In this document: positions 38,564 to 48,120 of the stretch, in pieces | Position numbering within the stretch: position 1 is the first letter of the stretch | Layout of the letters: each line of letters starts with the position of its first letter | Source of the DNA: an uncultured delta proteobacterium | GTDB lineage: Bacteria > Bdellovibrionota > FAC87 > UBA2466 | Direction: 5' to 3' | Assembly (NCBI GenBank): GCA_963778115.1 | Contig: CAVZSV010000004.1 | Location: 2,784,001-2,848,000 of the forward strand | Length of the DNA stretch: 64,000 nt | Notes under the pieces: model-generated | What the model was told of the DNA's origin: nothing | What the model saw: only the letters and a program-made list of their open reading frames with translations | Databases searched by the model: none | Translations under genes and position numbers: made by a program

Positions 38564-39477
38564 TAGCTTTGGATCTGGCGAAAGGTTTCCGTGGGGGATA
38601 GCTCGCGGACTTCTCCGCGAAAGCGTCCTTTATACACGGATATCTCAAGCCATTGAATCTCCTCCTCTACTTTGTCCCGGTAGATTCTTTTCTGCCAGGA
38701 TTTGGCTCCCGTATTCCAAAAATAACCCCGCTCCTTTAGCAAGTCTTTCGTCTCGAAAGGAGAGTTTCTGGCAATGACCATCGTGGTAGGCCGAAAGGCA
38801 TTGGTAAGGAGTTCCAGCAAGTAAGTGCTCTCCAACAGGGAACTCTTAGTGGAAATGAGTTGAAGAAGAGCATCTACATCATTAAGAGCGCGGTGAGCTT
38901 CAACAAAAAATCCATGGTGAATGCAAAGCAGTTCCAATTTTCCGCTGGGATAACCGTGGCCACCCCAATCGATCTGGCTGTGGGAACATCCCCACACTTT
39001 GGTGCCGGTAATGGCACAATATTTTTCCATGAAGGTCCGATCAAAGGAGGCATTATGCGCGATAATAATATCGGCCGAAGCGAGTTCGCCGCCAACATAA
39101 CTCCAATCGATCGCTTTGCCTCTTAAATCATCATCAGTGAGTCCGGTAATTGACTGGATTAGTGGGTTCAACGACATTCCGGGATCTTGCAATTCGACGT
39201 AGGGCGAGCTCACCTCCACCACTTCCCCGTTCTTCTTGTGATAACGGAATTTCCGGAAAGCAATCTCTATGATCTTATCGGAATTGAAGTTAAGCCCGGT
39301 CGTTTCCAAATCGAGGGCGATGCCTGTTCCTAACTCGTGAGTATTGTCGCGAAGCCACTGGGTCGTGGCATAGGCGGGAGGCGGAAAGTTTCCGCTGTGT
39401 TTAATTATTGTTACGGAATTGCCGTCCGCGGCCATTCCTTTCCATACGAACCGTTGTGACATGTTTCCCCCGGCCAT
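38563..39477 (-). CDS. DEDDh 3'-5' exonuclease (DnaQ-like)
   Basis: LDLETTG, AHNASFD, HRALND. Start may be 39462. Confidence 0.9.
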   Translation of the reverse strand: MAGGNMSQRFVWKGMAADGNSVTIIKHSGNFPPPAYATTQWLRDNTHELGTGIALDLETTGLNFNSDKIIEIAFRKFRYHKKNGEVVEVSSPYVELQDPGMSLNPLIQSITGLTDDDLRGKAIDWSYVGGELASADIIIAHNASFDRTFMEKYCAITGTKVWGCSHSQIDWGGHGYPSGKLELLCIHHGFFVEAHRALNDVDALLQLISTKSSLLESTYLLELLTNAFRPTTMVIARNSPFETKDLLKERGYFWNTGAKSWQKRIYRDKVEEEIQWLEISVYKGRFRGEVRELSPTETFRQIQS

Positions 39478-39639
39478 TCAAACTACGCGTAAGAGGGCCA
39501 CTCCGCCAAGGGAAAACTGTGCGAATTCCAGGGCATGCCTATCCTGCGCTAAAGCGTCCAAAAATCATTGATCCCCATGGAGCTATTTTGATAGAAGCTT
39601 GTTCACCTTAAATAACCGTAAAGTGTGCGGGGACGGTCC

Positions 39640-41736
39640 ATGCGATGGTTTTATGCGTTTCTGTTGTTAGCCTTCCCGATAGGCTCGGCTAGTCAGGCCC
39701 AGGATGTCCTCAGTGAATCCGCCGCCATGAAGATACCCATCTTTCGGATCGTTACTTTGGTAGGGCGATTGGGCTGGAACTATCCGGAGCCTTACTACGG
39801 CACCTCGATCCAGTTCTCCATCGATAAAAGGTACGTCTATCTCGTAGCAAATTACCACTGCTTGCCCCATGACCGATCCCGCTGGAACCAATTATTTGTC
39901 ACCACACCTAGCGAACGTGTCGGCCAGGCCGACAAACTGAAAGTCGAAGTGATAGGAGTTTGGCCCGGATACGATATTGCTGTTTTAAGAGTAGATTTTG
40001 TTAAAGCCGGTGTCGGAGAGATTCCAAATCCGTCGAGTTGGCAGAAATGGATGGACGCCCATTTTTGGAATGTCCCCATTACCGGGAAAAGCTGGCGGCT
40101 TGCGATCTTAGGAACTAGCAACGAGACTGACGGCAACTTGCCCACCATGACAAGATTTCTTTGGAAAGAAGAAGCGAAATTGCTCTCTTCTCGTCAAGGC
40201 GAGTTAATAAATAAGGACTGGAACAACCGCACTTTGATAGCGCAATGGCGAGCTTCTGATACCTTGCAGCTTCTTAACTACTCCTCTGACTGTAATCCGA
40301 GTTTTTTTTCTCAGTGTTTTAAAGTTCCGATGAGAACAGGGGGGTACTCGGGAGGGGCCTTTCTGGTCGCGCCTCCGGAAAATGCGAATGACGTTAAGAT
40401 CGCTGGAATCGTCTGGGGATATTCGCCTTTGGCGCGTCTCACCTATATTTTACCGTGGCCGAAAGTTCACGAAGTGGCATCGGAGCTGGTTCGCAGATTT
40501 AAAAAGCCAGGGAATTCCCAACTGGTTGAAGTCTTAGATGACGAGAATCACCAATTCAGTTTTGCAGGAGCTAACGCCATTAGGATTGAGACGACCTCGG
40601 AGCTCTTTACCAAAACGATCTCTCGCCGAAATCTAGGGGATAACGTCGTTTTTGGCGGCGGTGAAAGTAGCGGCGGCGGTGGCGAAAGCTCGGGAGGCGG
40701 AGGAGAGAGTAGCGGCGGAGGGGGAGAGAGTTCCGGAGGCGGCGGGGGAGAGTCTAGCCATGCGAAGAATCTTCTGCCTTTCGTGATGGAATCTGCGGAG
40801 CACGATGTGGCGGGCGTGTGGGATAGCGCTAGTTTATTAGCTGAGATAAAGGCCCCAGATCGATGGAGCCGGTGGTTACCTCATATTGACCGTTTGACTC
40901 AGTCTTTGGAGCCATTCCGGGGAACGAGGGCTTTACTCAGTTATCAACCAGGCGTAGTTATTGAGAATGAACGCTACCAACGGTTCAACGAGATTCCACT
41001 CATTAATCTTTCTGCATTCGTGAATGCCTTTCGAGCGAATCCTCAGGGGAAGTTGGAAAGAGATTTCATTAAGAACGAATTTCCCAGAAAACTGTCGTTG
41101 GAAGGTAATGGCGACGAGGGTTCGTACGGTCTGTTCATGGCGTCTCTGCTTCATACGGTAGTTCCAGCTAAAGTCTCCTCCATTCTAAAAACTCCCCCAC
41201 TCCGATCGCTATTTCTTAAGGAAGAAGTGGCTGCCATGGAGCGTTATTTGTCGATAAAAGGCAAAGCACCTTTCGAAGCCCCTGAACCTTTTTTGTATCG
41301 TCGAAGTAAGACGAGCCTTGCGGCAAGCCTCTTCCAAGCGCGGGTAATCATCGATTCGAACGGATTTCACATCGAGATCACAGCTCCCCGTTTCGCGGAG
41401 CTGGGATCGGGCCCCATCGTTTATGATGCTTCGATGCCGCTCGTTCAGCAAGGAGACTACTTCTTAAGGTATGCTGGGCCGTTAACTTATACGCCGCCTG
41501 CGATCTATCCTCGAGCCAAAGGCCACGGCCCCACATCGACGACGGTGTCGGCGGTGGTTTCATTGCAGTATGATCCGGATGAAAAAAGGTATGAGCTAAA
41601 ACTTTTTGCCATCGGTAAGCAGCCGCCTGAATGGGATGAGTTGTCTAATTTTTATCCGGAACTATCGTCTCTGGCGCAATTGCTCGATCCGCAAGGGACG
41701 GTAATGATGCAGTCGGTTTTTGTGCCGTTGAGATAG
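39640..41736 (+). CDS. Secreted trypsin-like serine protease with GGGESS repeat linker
   Basis: Signal peptide; ANYHC, YDIAVL and GYSGG form a His-Asp-Ser order. Confidence 0.65.
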   Translation: MRWFYAFLLLAFPIGSASQAQDVLSESAAMKIPIFRIVTLVGRLGWNYPEPYYGTSIQFSIDKRYVYLVANYHCLPHDRSRWNQLFVTTPSERVGQADKLKVEVIGVWPGYDIAVLRVDFVKAGVGEIPNPSSWQKWMDAHFWNVPITGKSWRLAILGTSNETDGNLPTMTRFLWKEEAKLLSSRQGELINKDWNNRTLIAQWRASDTLQLLNYSSDCNPSFFSQCFKVPMRTGGYSGGAFLVAPPENANDVKIAGIVWGYSPLARLTYILPWPKVHEVASELVRRFKKPGNSQLVEVLDDENHQFSFAGANAIRIETTSELFTKTISRRNLGDNVVFGGGESSGGGGESSGGGGESSGGGGESSGGGGGESSHAKNLLPFVMESAEHDVAGVWDSASLLAEIKAPDRWSRWLPHIDRLTQSLEPFRGTRALLSYQPGVVIENERYQRFNEIPLINLSAFVNAFRANPQGKLERDFIKNEFPRKLSLEGNGDEGSYGLFMASLLHTVVPAKVSSILKTPPLRSLFLKEEVAAMERYLSIKGKAPFEAPEPFLYRRSKTSLAASLFQARVIIDSNGFHIEITAPRFAELGSGPIVYDASMPLVQQGDYFLRYAGPLTYTPPAIYPRAKGHGPTSTTVSAVVSLQYDPDEKRYELKLFAIGKQPPEWDELSNFYPELSSLAQLLDPQGTVMMQSVFVPLR
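40654..40758 (+). repeat. Five tandem G3-5ESS peptide repeats
   Basis: GGGESSGGGGESSGGGGESSGGGGESSGGGGGESS with synonymous codon divergence. Confidence 0.9.
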
Positions 41737-41742
41737 TCCTTC

Positions 41743-43380
41743 TCACCGCGCTTGCACTTCAGCCAAGTACCGACCCAGCTCTTTTTTTTCCACCGCGGTT
41801 AACCTGTCACCTCGAGGAGGCATCTGTCCTGCTCCCTCCAGCGCCACTCTCGCTAAAATCTCTTCTTTCATGATACGACCGCTTTTACTGGAGGCTTTCA
41901 ACACCACGGCAAGTTCTCGGGGAGCATCGAAAGGAATTTTTCGCCCGACGATAAGAGCCGCCTCTCCTTCGTGACAACGGGTGCATCTTTCGAAGGGAAC
42001 ATCTGTGATGTCGAGACGGTTTAGTAAAGTGACCGCACTTGGATTGATACTGGGAGCCTCGTCAGAAGTTACGATGGCTTCAGGAAGGCTAACAGGTTTT
42101 TCCTTTTCTCTTTGTTCGATTAGCGCGCATGCTTTCAAAGCTTGCCCCAAATCCAATCTTTCGGCGAATGCTCGCCCTTTTTCGGGGTAAGCGAGATAGG
42201 TCTTTAGGAAAGGGCGAAAAGCGTCATCGTCGTGAGCTAGGTTTCGTAACATCTCTTGGATGAAATCCTCTTTGAGATAAAAATCTCTTTCTCCGTAAGC
42301 GCTGCTTAAAATACCGTCAAAAAAGGAGGTCGAGCCGCTTTCGAAGGCTAGCGACCAGTCCGAAGTATCTACATTGAGAACCTGAGCTACGTATTCAATT
42401 TGCGAAAGATTACGATACATCCCAAGCTCCATCATATCGAGCTCGCTCTTCGCGGGGCCGCGAGGACGGTAGCCCAAGCGCTTGAGTCGATCTTCATTCT
42501 CATAATAGATGGCGGCGTACGCTTTTTCCTCGTAAGCCGTCGAGATGGGAAGGGAACGACAGCCTAACAATCCTGAAAGAAGGGCGATGCGATACTGGGA
42601 ATACCTAGCGGAAGTCTCTAGCTTTCGTTGGATCCGCTTTCGATTGAGTTCCGTCCATGCCATTCCCAGTCTAGTATTTGGTGTAAATTTCAACTCATCA
42701 AACGAAGCTTCCACCATGTTTTGGTCGTACTGCTTAGGATCTAAATAAGGGGGCACTGAAGTTCCTTTGGGCCAATCGAGGTATTGGTAGACTCCTTTCT
42801 TAGCGTGCTGTTTTAAGAAACGACGGTACCAGACCAGTTCCTTGGATCCTTTGGGGAAGGTATCTCTGACACTGCCGTAGAAGCCCGGCCACAAGGGGTA
42901 AGAGTCGGTGATGGGTTTGGGATCCGCCCCGTGGCAGCGTAGACATTGTGGCGGATTGATGCGGCCGTTTTCAGGATGCTTATCCGCCGGCAGAGTGAAT
43001 TGGCTCAATTCGAAACTGGCCTTTTGATCGTTAAAGGCGATGGCTTCTATGGTGTTATAGCCCGGGCGATCGGGAGCACCCGTAAACGCAAGGGCTAGTC
43101 TACCGTCAGAGGAGAAGAGAAGTACTCTGGGATGCATTGGGTCTGTGGCATCTTCACCGTATTTTCCGTGAGGGCTTCGGCTTTCGTAAATGAAAGTAAA
43201 ATGCGACTTAAGGTCATGGGAGAGCAGCGGCAGAAGTTCCTTGAGGTCTTGAACTGGCCTTCCTGTCTTGGGGTTATTAGCGATGATACCGGAGATCGAC
43301 TGAGCAGGAGTTCCCTGACTGAACGAGGGAAACCATCCTGCGATCCAAAGACTCCATAATACGAACGTCCACCTGCTCAT
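41743..43380 (-). CDS. Secreted diheme c-type cytochrome protein
   Basis: Signal peptide; CLRCH and CTRCH; C-terminal QMPP. Confidence 0.8.
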   Translation of the reverse strand: MSRWTFVLWSLWIAGWFPSFSQGTPAQSISGIIANNPKTGRPVQDLKELLPLLSHDLKSHFTFIYESRSPHGKYGEDATDPMHPRVLLFSSDGRLALAFTGAPDRPGYNTIEAIAFNDQKASFELSQFTLPADKHPENGRINPPQCLRCHGADPKPITDSYPLWPGFYGSVRDTFPKGSKELVWYRRFLKQHAKKGVYQYLDWPKGTSVPPYLDPKQYDQNMVEASFDELKFTPNTRLGMAWTELNRKRIQRKLETSARYSQYRIALLSGLLGCRSLPISTAYEEKAYAAIYYENEDRLKRLGYRPRGPAKSELDMMELGMYRNLSQIEYVAQVLNVDTSDWSLAFESGSTSFFDGILSSAYGERDFYLKEDFIQEMLRNLAHDDDAFRPFLKTYLAYPEKGRAFAERLDLGQALKACALIEQREKEKPVSLPEAIVTSDEAPSINPSAVTLLNRLDITDVPFERCTRCHEGEAALIVGRKIPFDAPRELAVVLKASSKSGRIMKEEILARVALEGAGQMPPRGDRLTAVEKKELGRYLAEVQAR

Positions 43381-43563
43381 CACCTGACCTCTCCTCAAGC
43401 CCCCACGCGTAAGGGCGCGGAAAAACGGGTCATTAGGTGAGGGAAAATTATTTTGAGCTGTTTTTTGACGGGTTGGCGCGTTTGTTGGTGCGGCAAATGA
43501 TTTTGCCGCGGTGGAGCGGACGTTGTTGTACCGGGATCCACGTCAATTCAGGGAGGAGATAAT

Positions 43564-44520
43564 ATGTTTAAGACTCGATGGGGCCTAATGACCCTATCCG
43601 TTGCACTCGCTTTCGGCGGGGCTTCGGTAGGGCAAGCGGCTCAGGAATTTGGCTCCGCACAGCAAGAGGGTGCGGTTGTGGGTAGAACAGAAGTTGCGCA
43701 ACCTATGAAAATGGGCGGCGGCGGTGGTGGGTTCAAGCCAGGTGGTGGCGGAGGGTTTAAGCCAGTCGTCGGATTTAAGCCCCCCACTCTGGGAGTGAAG
43801 CCAGGAACTCCTATTGGAATGAAGCCTCCAACGCCCGTTGGATTTAAACCCCTTCCCGTGGGATTAAAGCCGTTACCTATCGGCGTGAAACCACCGACTC
43901 CTATCGGAATCAAGCCACTGCCTATCGGCGTCAAGCCTCCGACGCCCATTGGATTTAAACCTCCAATGCCGATTGGAGTAAAACCTCCGACGCCCATTGG
44001 ATTTAAACCTCCGATGCCGATTGGAGTAAAGCCTCCGACGCCCATTGGATTTAAACCTCCGATCGGTGTGGTTGTGAAACCGCCCAAGCCCTGTCCGCCC
44101 ATCGTGTTACCTCCGCACTGGAACTATCCTCCGGTGGTCTATTTCCCGGTACCTCAGCCTGTGGCATGTCCGGCTCCCGTTGCCGAAGATGTCTTGGCGT
44201 ACCAATTGAGTTGTCGGTTGCCTGGCGGCACTGCAGCCCAAGCGCTTCTGGGAGTGGATGCTCTGATTTCGTCGACAGACGGCGAAAACTATACGGTTCA
44301 GGGAACGGTGTACGGAGCGGATAATCAAAATTATCCAGTCAACGAAGCCGCCGTCGGCGAGATCGATCAGATGATGAATCTGTCGCTCACTAACGGAGAC
44401 CAGCTCTATCTGGAGCCGCTCACGGATGCCTCGTATGCAGGTTACCTACAAGGGACGGTGGATCTCTTGGGGCTTAGAGATCAGAACGGGCTTCTCTGCA
44501 CCCTGACGCAACAACAGTAG
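43564..44520 (+). CDS. Secreted protein with Pro-rich P-x-G-x-K-P repeats
   Basis: GGAGGAG RBS, signal peptide, about 15 G[FVIML]KP units, acidic C-terminal domain. Confidence 0.85.
   Translation: MFKTRWGLMTLSVALAFGGASVGQAAQEFGSAQQEGAVVGRTEVAQPMKMGGGGGGFKPGGGGGFKPVVGFKPPTLGVKPGTPIGMKPPTPVGFKPLPVGLKPLPIGVKPPTPIGIKPLPIGVKPPTPIGFKPPMPIGVKPPTPIGFKPPMPIGVKPPTPIGFKPPIGVVVKPPKPCPPIVLPPHWNYPPVVYFPVPQPVACPAPVAEDVLAYQLSCRLPGGTAAQALLGVDALISSTDGENYTVQGTVYGADNQNYPVNEAAVGEIDQMMNLSLTNGDQLYLEPLTDASYAGYLQGTVDLLGLRDQNGLLCTLTQQQ
43936..44063 (+). repeat. 48-bp near-identical tandem repeat, about 2.7 copies
   Basis: CCTCCGACGCCCATTGGATTTAAACCTCC starts at 43936, 43984 and 44032. Confidence 0.9.
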
Positions 44521-44532
44521 ACTGACCCTACC

Positions 44533-44572
44533 AAAAGGGCCGGATCGCTCTAAAAAGCGAACCGGCCCTTTT
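44533..44572. terminator. Bidirectional intrinsic terminator
   Basis: AAAAGGGCCGG / CCGGCCCTTTT between convergent genes. Confidence 0.85.
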
Positions 44573-44593
44573 CCTTTATTGAATCAAGCAAAG

Positions 44594-45211
44594 TTAGGCA
44601 GCAACCTTATTCACATTTTCAATCACCGGAACGTTTTTCAAAGCGATGGAAAACATGCAGGTAGCAAAACCACTAAAGAACATTTCGATTCCCACAAACG
44701 TTCCAATCACCCAAAAGCCGGAATTAGGCCATTGGTTCCAGATCATCACTCCTAGTACCAACGCCATAAGGCCGCTAAATACCGACCATCCCCATTGAGG
44801 GTAGCGGTTCGTCATGGCCATGATAATGCGAACAATTCCGCCCACGATAAAAAGCGGGGCCAATAGAAACGTAAGCATCATAGCAGTGGCAGCGGGACTT
44901 CGAATCGTCAGAAAGCCGGCTACCGCATAGAGCACTCCGGTAAACAGTCCCGAGACAACGCCTCCCCATTTGCCCGCGGAGAAAGCATGAATGGCATGGA
45001 TGATACCGCCCACCAAAAGGAGCCATCCGATGAGACTCACTGAAACTAAAGTGGTGAGTGTCGAAGCGCTAATAGCGATTAGTCCCAACACGACAAGCGC
45101 GATCCCTTCGACGAGAAACCAGCCCCAGATTTTTCGAAGCGAGCTGAATTCTGCAACAATATGGTTAGCAAATTGAGACAAACGAATGGAGTCCGAATCA
45201 ACGGTTCTCAT
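44594..45211 (-). CDS. HdeD/DUF308 family membrane protein
   Basis: WGWFLVEGI..LG, six TM segments, WPNSGFWVIGTFVGIE..G. Confidence 0.88.
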   Translation of the reverse strand: MRTVDSDSIRLSQFANHIVAEFSSLRKIWGWFLVEGIALVVLGLIAISASTLTTLVSVSLIGWLLLVGGIIHAIHAFSAGKWGGVVSGLFTGVLYAVAGFLTIRSPAATAMMLTFLLAPLFIVGGIVRIIMAMTNRYPQWGWSVFSGLMALVLGVMIWNQWPNSGFWVIGTFVGIEMFFSGFATCMFSIALKNVPVIENVNKVAA

Positions 45212-45272
45212 AAATTCTCCTTTGCCCGCACAGGTTTATTAGCAGCGAGCTAGTTTTCCTGTGGGGCAAAGC

Positions 45273-45288
45273 TGCAGGAGTTGGGCCA
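45273..45288 (-). promoter_or_regulatory. Sigma54-like promoter of the hdeD-like gene
   Basis: TGGCCCAACTCCTGCA, GG-N10-GC. Confidence 0.6.
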
Positions 45289-45304
45289 GAAGAGCTTGTC
45301 CACG

Positions 45305-45343
45305 AAAAAATCAAAAGCCAACCCCCCATGGGGTTGGCTTTTG
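45305..45343 (-). terminator. Intrinsic terminator with 14-bp stem
   Basis: CAAAAGCCAACCCC / GGGGTTGGCTTTTG followed by ATTTTTT on the minus strand. Confidence 0.85.
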
Positions 45344-45404
45344 GTGGAGTAGGCTTGCCGTCCTAACCGCTTTGGGTTCACGCGAGGAACACGTTTTAAA
45401 TTTT

Positions 45405-45476
45405 TCAGCTGGTTAGAATGGCAAAGGCCAGCAGCAAAATCGAGAGGTAGATAAACTTTTCCGTGTCGATAATCAC
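45405..45476 (-). CDS. Unannotated 23-aa hydrophobic peptide
   Basis: AGAGGAGG RBS, GTG start, MIIDTEKFIYLSILLLAFAILTS, own downstream terminator. Confidence 0.55.
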   Translation of the reverse strand: MIIDTEKFIYLSILLLAFAILTS

Positions 45477-45644
45477 TGGGCCTCCTCTACCTAACCGCCG
45501 TCTCACCCTAATTAGCGATAAACGCTACCGAACCGGCTCATCTATTAAGTTATTGATATATTTGATATATAAGAGTCTCTCTTTGGCCCAGGCTTGCCGA
45601 GGGTCCGGCATCAAGCTACGCCGCCATAGCGTCGATAAAGACAT

Positions 45645-46229
45645 ATGGGAAAGCCCGCTGCACAGCTAACGGAACTATTGAAAGAGTCCTCCTTGGGCGA
45701 CGCTGAAGCGCTCAAAGCGGTATGGTCTGAGGTCTATAAAGAGCTCGCAAAGATCGCAAAACGGGCCATGGCGAAAGAGAACGCGGGCCACACTTTGCAG
45801 CCGACCGCTTTAGTGAATGAAACGTTTCTTAAGATCTTCGAAGGAAAGCCTGTCGACTTTCAGAATCGCGGCCATTTTTTTGCCATCGCTGCTCAGGCCA
45901 TGCGCAGGATCATGGTTGACCATGCGAAAGCAAAGCGCGCCTTGAAACGCGGAGGCGGCGAATTCAAAATTGCTTACGATGACAATCAACATAGTCTTGG
46001 GCCTAGTGGAAGTGAACCGGACGTTTTGGCACTTGATGCGGCTTTGGAACGATTGAGAAAAATGGAGCCCCGATTCGTTCGCGTCGTGGAGTTGCGATAT
46101 TTTGGAGGCCTAAGCTTAGAGGAAACCGCTGAAGCGATGGATATGTCACTAGCTACCGTAAAACGTGACTGGGCTTCAGCCAAACTGTGGTTATATCGTG
46201 AGCTCAGCGGCCAAGAAGACGCTCAATAG
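45645..46229 (+). CDS. ECF sigma factor, kinase-associated (ECF43/TIGR02999-like)
   Basis: HTLQPTALVNE, RGHFFAIAAQAMRRIMVDHA, VELRYFGGLS, TVKRDW. Confidence 0.92.
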   Translation: MGKPAAQLTELLKESSLGDAEALKAVWSEVYKELAKIAKRAMAKENAGHTLQPTALVNETFLKIFEGKPVDFQNRGHFFAIAAQAMRRIMVDHAKAKRALKRGGGEFKIAYDDNQHSLGPSGSEPDVLALDAALERLRKMEPRFVRVVELRYFGGLSLEETAEAMDMSLATVKRDWASAKLWLYRELSGQEDAQ

Positions 46230-48120
46230 CAAGCAGTGGGAGTTATTGACCCAGTGCTTTGAAGAAGCCGCCGCTCTGGACGCGGCGGAACGAGCTCATT
46301 ATCTAAGACGGTGGGAAGAAAAAAATCCCCTCATCGGACTTGAACTGAGAAAACTTCTCAAATCAGATTCTGTCCTTAAAAATTTTCTCGAGGTCTCTCC
46401 CACGACCCGCTTATCCTCCGTGTTGGATGAAGCGCTTTCGCCGGATTCTCTTTCCCCGGGGAGCCGCATCGGAGATTTCCTAATCGCGGAAGTCTTGGGA
46501 AGGGGCTCGTTCGCCACCGTCTATTTGGCTACCGAAATGGCATTGGCTCGTGAAGTGGCCCTTAAAGTTAGCGTAGGAGTTTCTGAAGAGGCAAAGACCA
46601 TTGCCTCGTTGGATCACCGTTCTATTGTTCAAGTCTATTCCGAACAGATCGAACCCAGCCAAAAACTTCGTTTGATTTGCATGCAGTATATTCGGGGAGC
46701 CAGTCTTGAAGTGATTCTGGGCAATGTGAAAGGAGCTCTCACGGGATCGGCGTTGCTAAAAACACTTCAAGAACTCAATTCGCCTCCGCTAACGTTTAAT
46801 GCCGAGGAGATTTCCCTAAGATCTGCTTTAGCCGAGTGTGACCAGATCGATGTGATCTTAAAGCTGGGGATTCAAATGTGTGAGGCGCTCTCCTATGCGC
46901 ATAGCCGCAACGTACTTCATCTTGACGTAAAACCGGCCAATATTCTCATCAACCACTGCGGGGTTCCGTTACTAACCGATTTTAATATCTCGATTCGGGC
47001 GAACGCCGAAAGGGGCGAGATTCCCGAACACTTCGGGGGCACGCCTACTTACATGTCGCCGGAACAACGGGAGGTCTTCGAAGTGGAGGACGAATCAGAA
47101 GCCTTTGCTAAGATTGATGCTCGCTCGGACATCTATTCCTTGGGCGTTGTTCTTAGCGAGCTATTCACAGAAGTAAGGCCCAGAGGGCCGCTATTCCAGA
47201 GTGAGGTCAATTTACGCCTTAATCTGAAAACCGCGACGGAGACAAACTCCCGTGATCGTTTTGCCACAGCTAACGATTTTTTTCGCGCTCTTCAAACTTG
47301 TCTGGAACTACGTTCTATTGAGCGGCGATTGGGTGAACGTAGAAAGATTGCGCGTTTTAGTGAACACCATCCCCTTATCGCGCTAACTCTAATAGGTGCG
47401 CTCCCTCAAGTGTTAGCGGCTGTGATCGGAGTCGCTTATAACTCCATTGAAATTGTGGATCAGCTGGGAGGGGCTCAGAAAGTGTGGTTTCAAAAATTAA
47501 ACGCTACCTATCTACCGGTGAGTTACCTCGCCGTTTCGTTGATTTGGTTTCTCGTTGTTTTTCGGGTCTATCCCTTCCTCAAAGCCCCTGAAAAGTGGAC
47601 GAGACATCCAGAGGATTTGAGAAAAATGAAGCAGCACGTATTAAATATCCCCTATTGGGGCATGTGTTGCTGTGCCCTAGGCTGGCTTCCCGGCGCCCTT
47701 CTTTATCCCGCGGTGTTGCAGCTACGGGCGGAGCATATGCAAGCGGTTGTCGTGTGGCACTTTATCGCTTCTTTCACTCTGTCGTGGTTGATTGCTCTTT
47801 CCTATTCCTTTGTCTTTCACCAGTATATTGCGCTTCGTGATCTCTATCCGCGACTGATGGTAGGAAGTCTTGAAGAGGCCTCGATACGAAAGGGGTTGGT
47901 GAAGCGAATGTCCCAGCTGACTCGGGCTTCGCTTGCGCTTTGCATTCTCTCGCCTTTGGGGGGAGCGCTTTTGGTTTTGGCCGCTGGCCCCGGTGACCTC
48001 GCTCATACCACTGACTTTAGATGTCTTGTGGGAGTGCTTATTCTTTTGGGGATCGCCGGCGTCATATTTTCCGCTTCCATCGGTCCAAAGCTTGTGCGTT
48101 GCTTATCTTGCTTTCTCTAA
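46165..48120 (+). CDS. Membrane Ser/Thr protein kinase
   Basis: LGRGSFATVY, VALK, HLDVKPAN, GTPTYMSPEQ, SDIYSLG; about 6 C-terminal TM. Start uncertain (GTG 46165 or 46198). Confidence 0.9.
   Translation: MTGLQPNCGYIVSSAAKKTLNSKQWELLTQCFEEAAALDAAERAHYLRRWEEKNPLIGLELRKLLKSDSVLKNFLEVSPTTRLSSVLDEALSPDSLSPGSRIGDFLIAEVLGRGSFATVYLATEMALAREVALKVSVGVSEEAKTIASLDHRSIVQVYSEQIEPSQKLRLICMQYIRGASLEVILGNVKGALTGSALLKTLQELNSPPLTFNAEEISLRSALAECDQIDVILKLGIQMCEALSYAHSRNVLHLDVKPANILINHCGVPLLTDFNISIRANAERGEIPEHFGGTPTYMSPEQREVFEVEDESEAFAKIDARSDIYSLGVVLSELFTEVRPRGPLFQSEVNLRLNLKTATETNSRDRFATANDFFRALQTCLELRSIERRLGERRKIARFSEHHPLIALTLIGALPQVLAAVIGVAYNSIEIVDQLGGAQKVWFQKLNATYLPVSYLAVSLIWFLVVFRVYPFLKAPEKWTRHPEDLRKMKQHVLNIPYWGMCCCALGWLPGALLYPAVLQLRAEHMQAVVVWHFIASFTLSWLIALSYSFVFHQYIALRDLYPRLMVGSLEEASIRKGLVKRMSQLTRASLALCILSPLGGALLVLAAGPGDLAHTTDFRCLVGVLILLGIAGVIFSASIGPKLVRCLSCFL

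Noticed and set aside
43936..44063. CRISPR-like array
   Set aside because: In-frame coding tandem repeat with no unique spacers and no cas genes.
45584..45597. Sigma54-like TGGCCCAGGCTTGC (also TGGTACGTGCGGGC at 11471)
   Set aside because: GG-N9-GC spacing; sigma54 requires N10.
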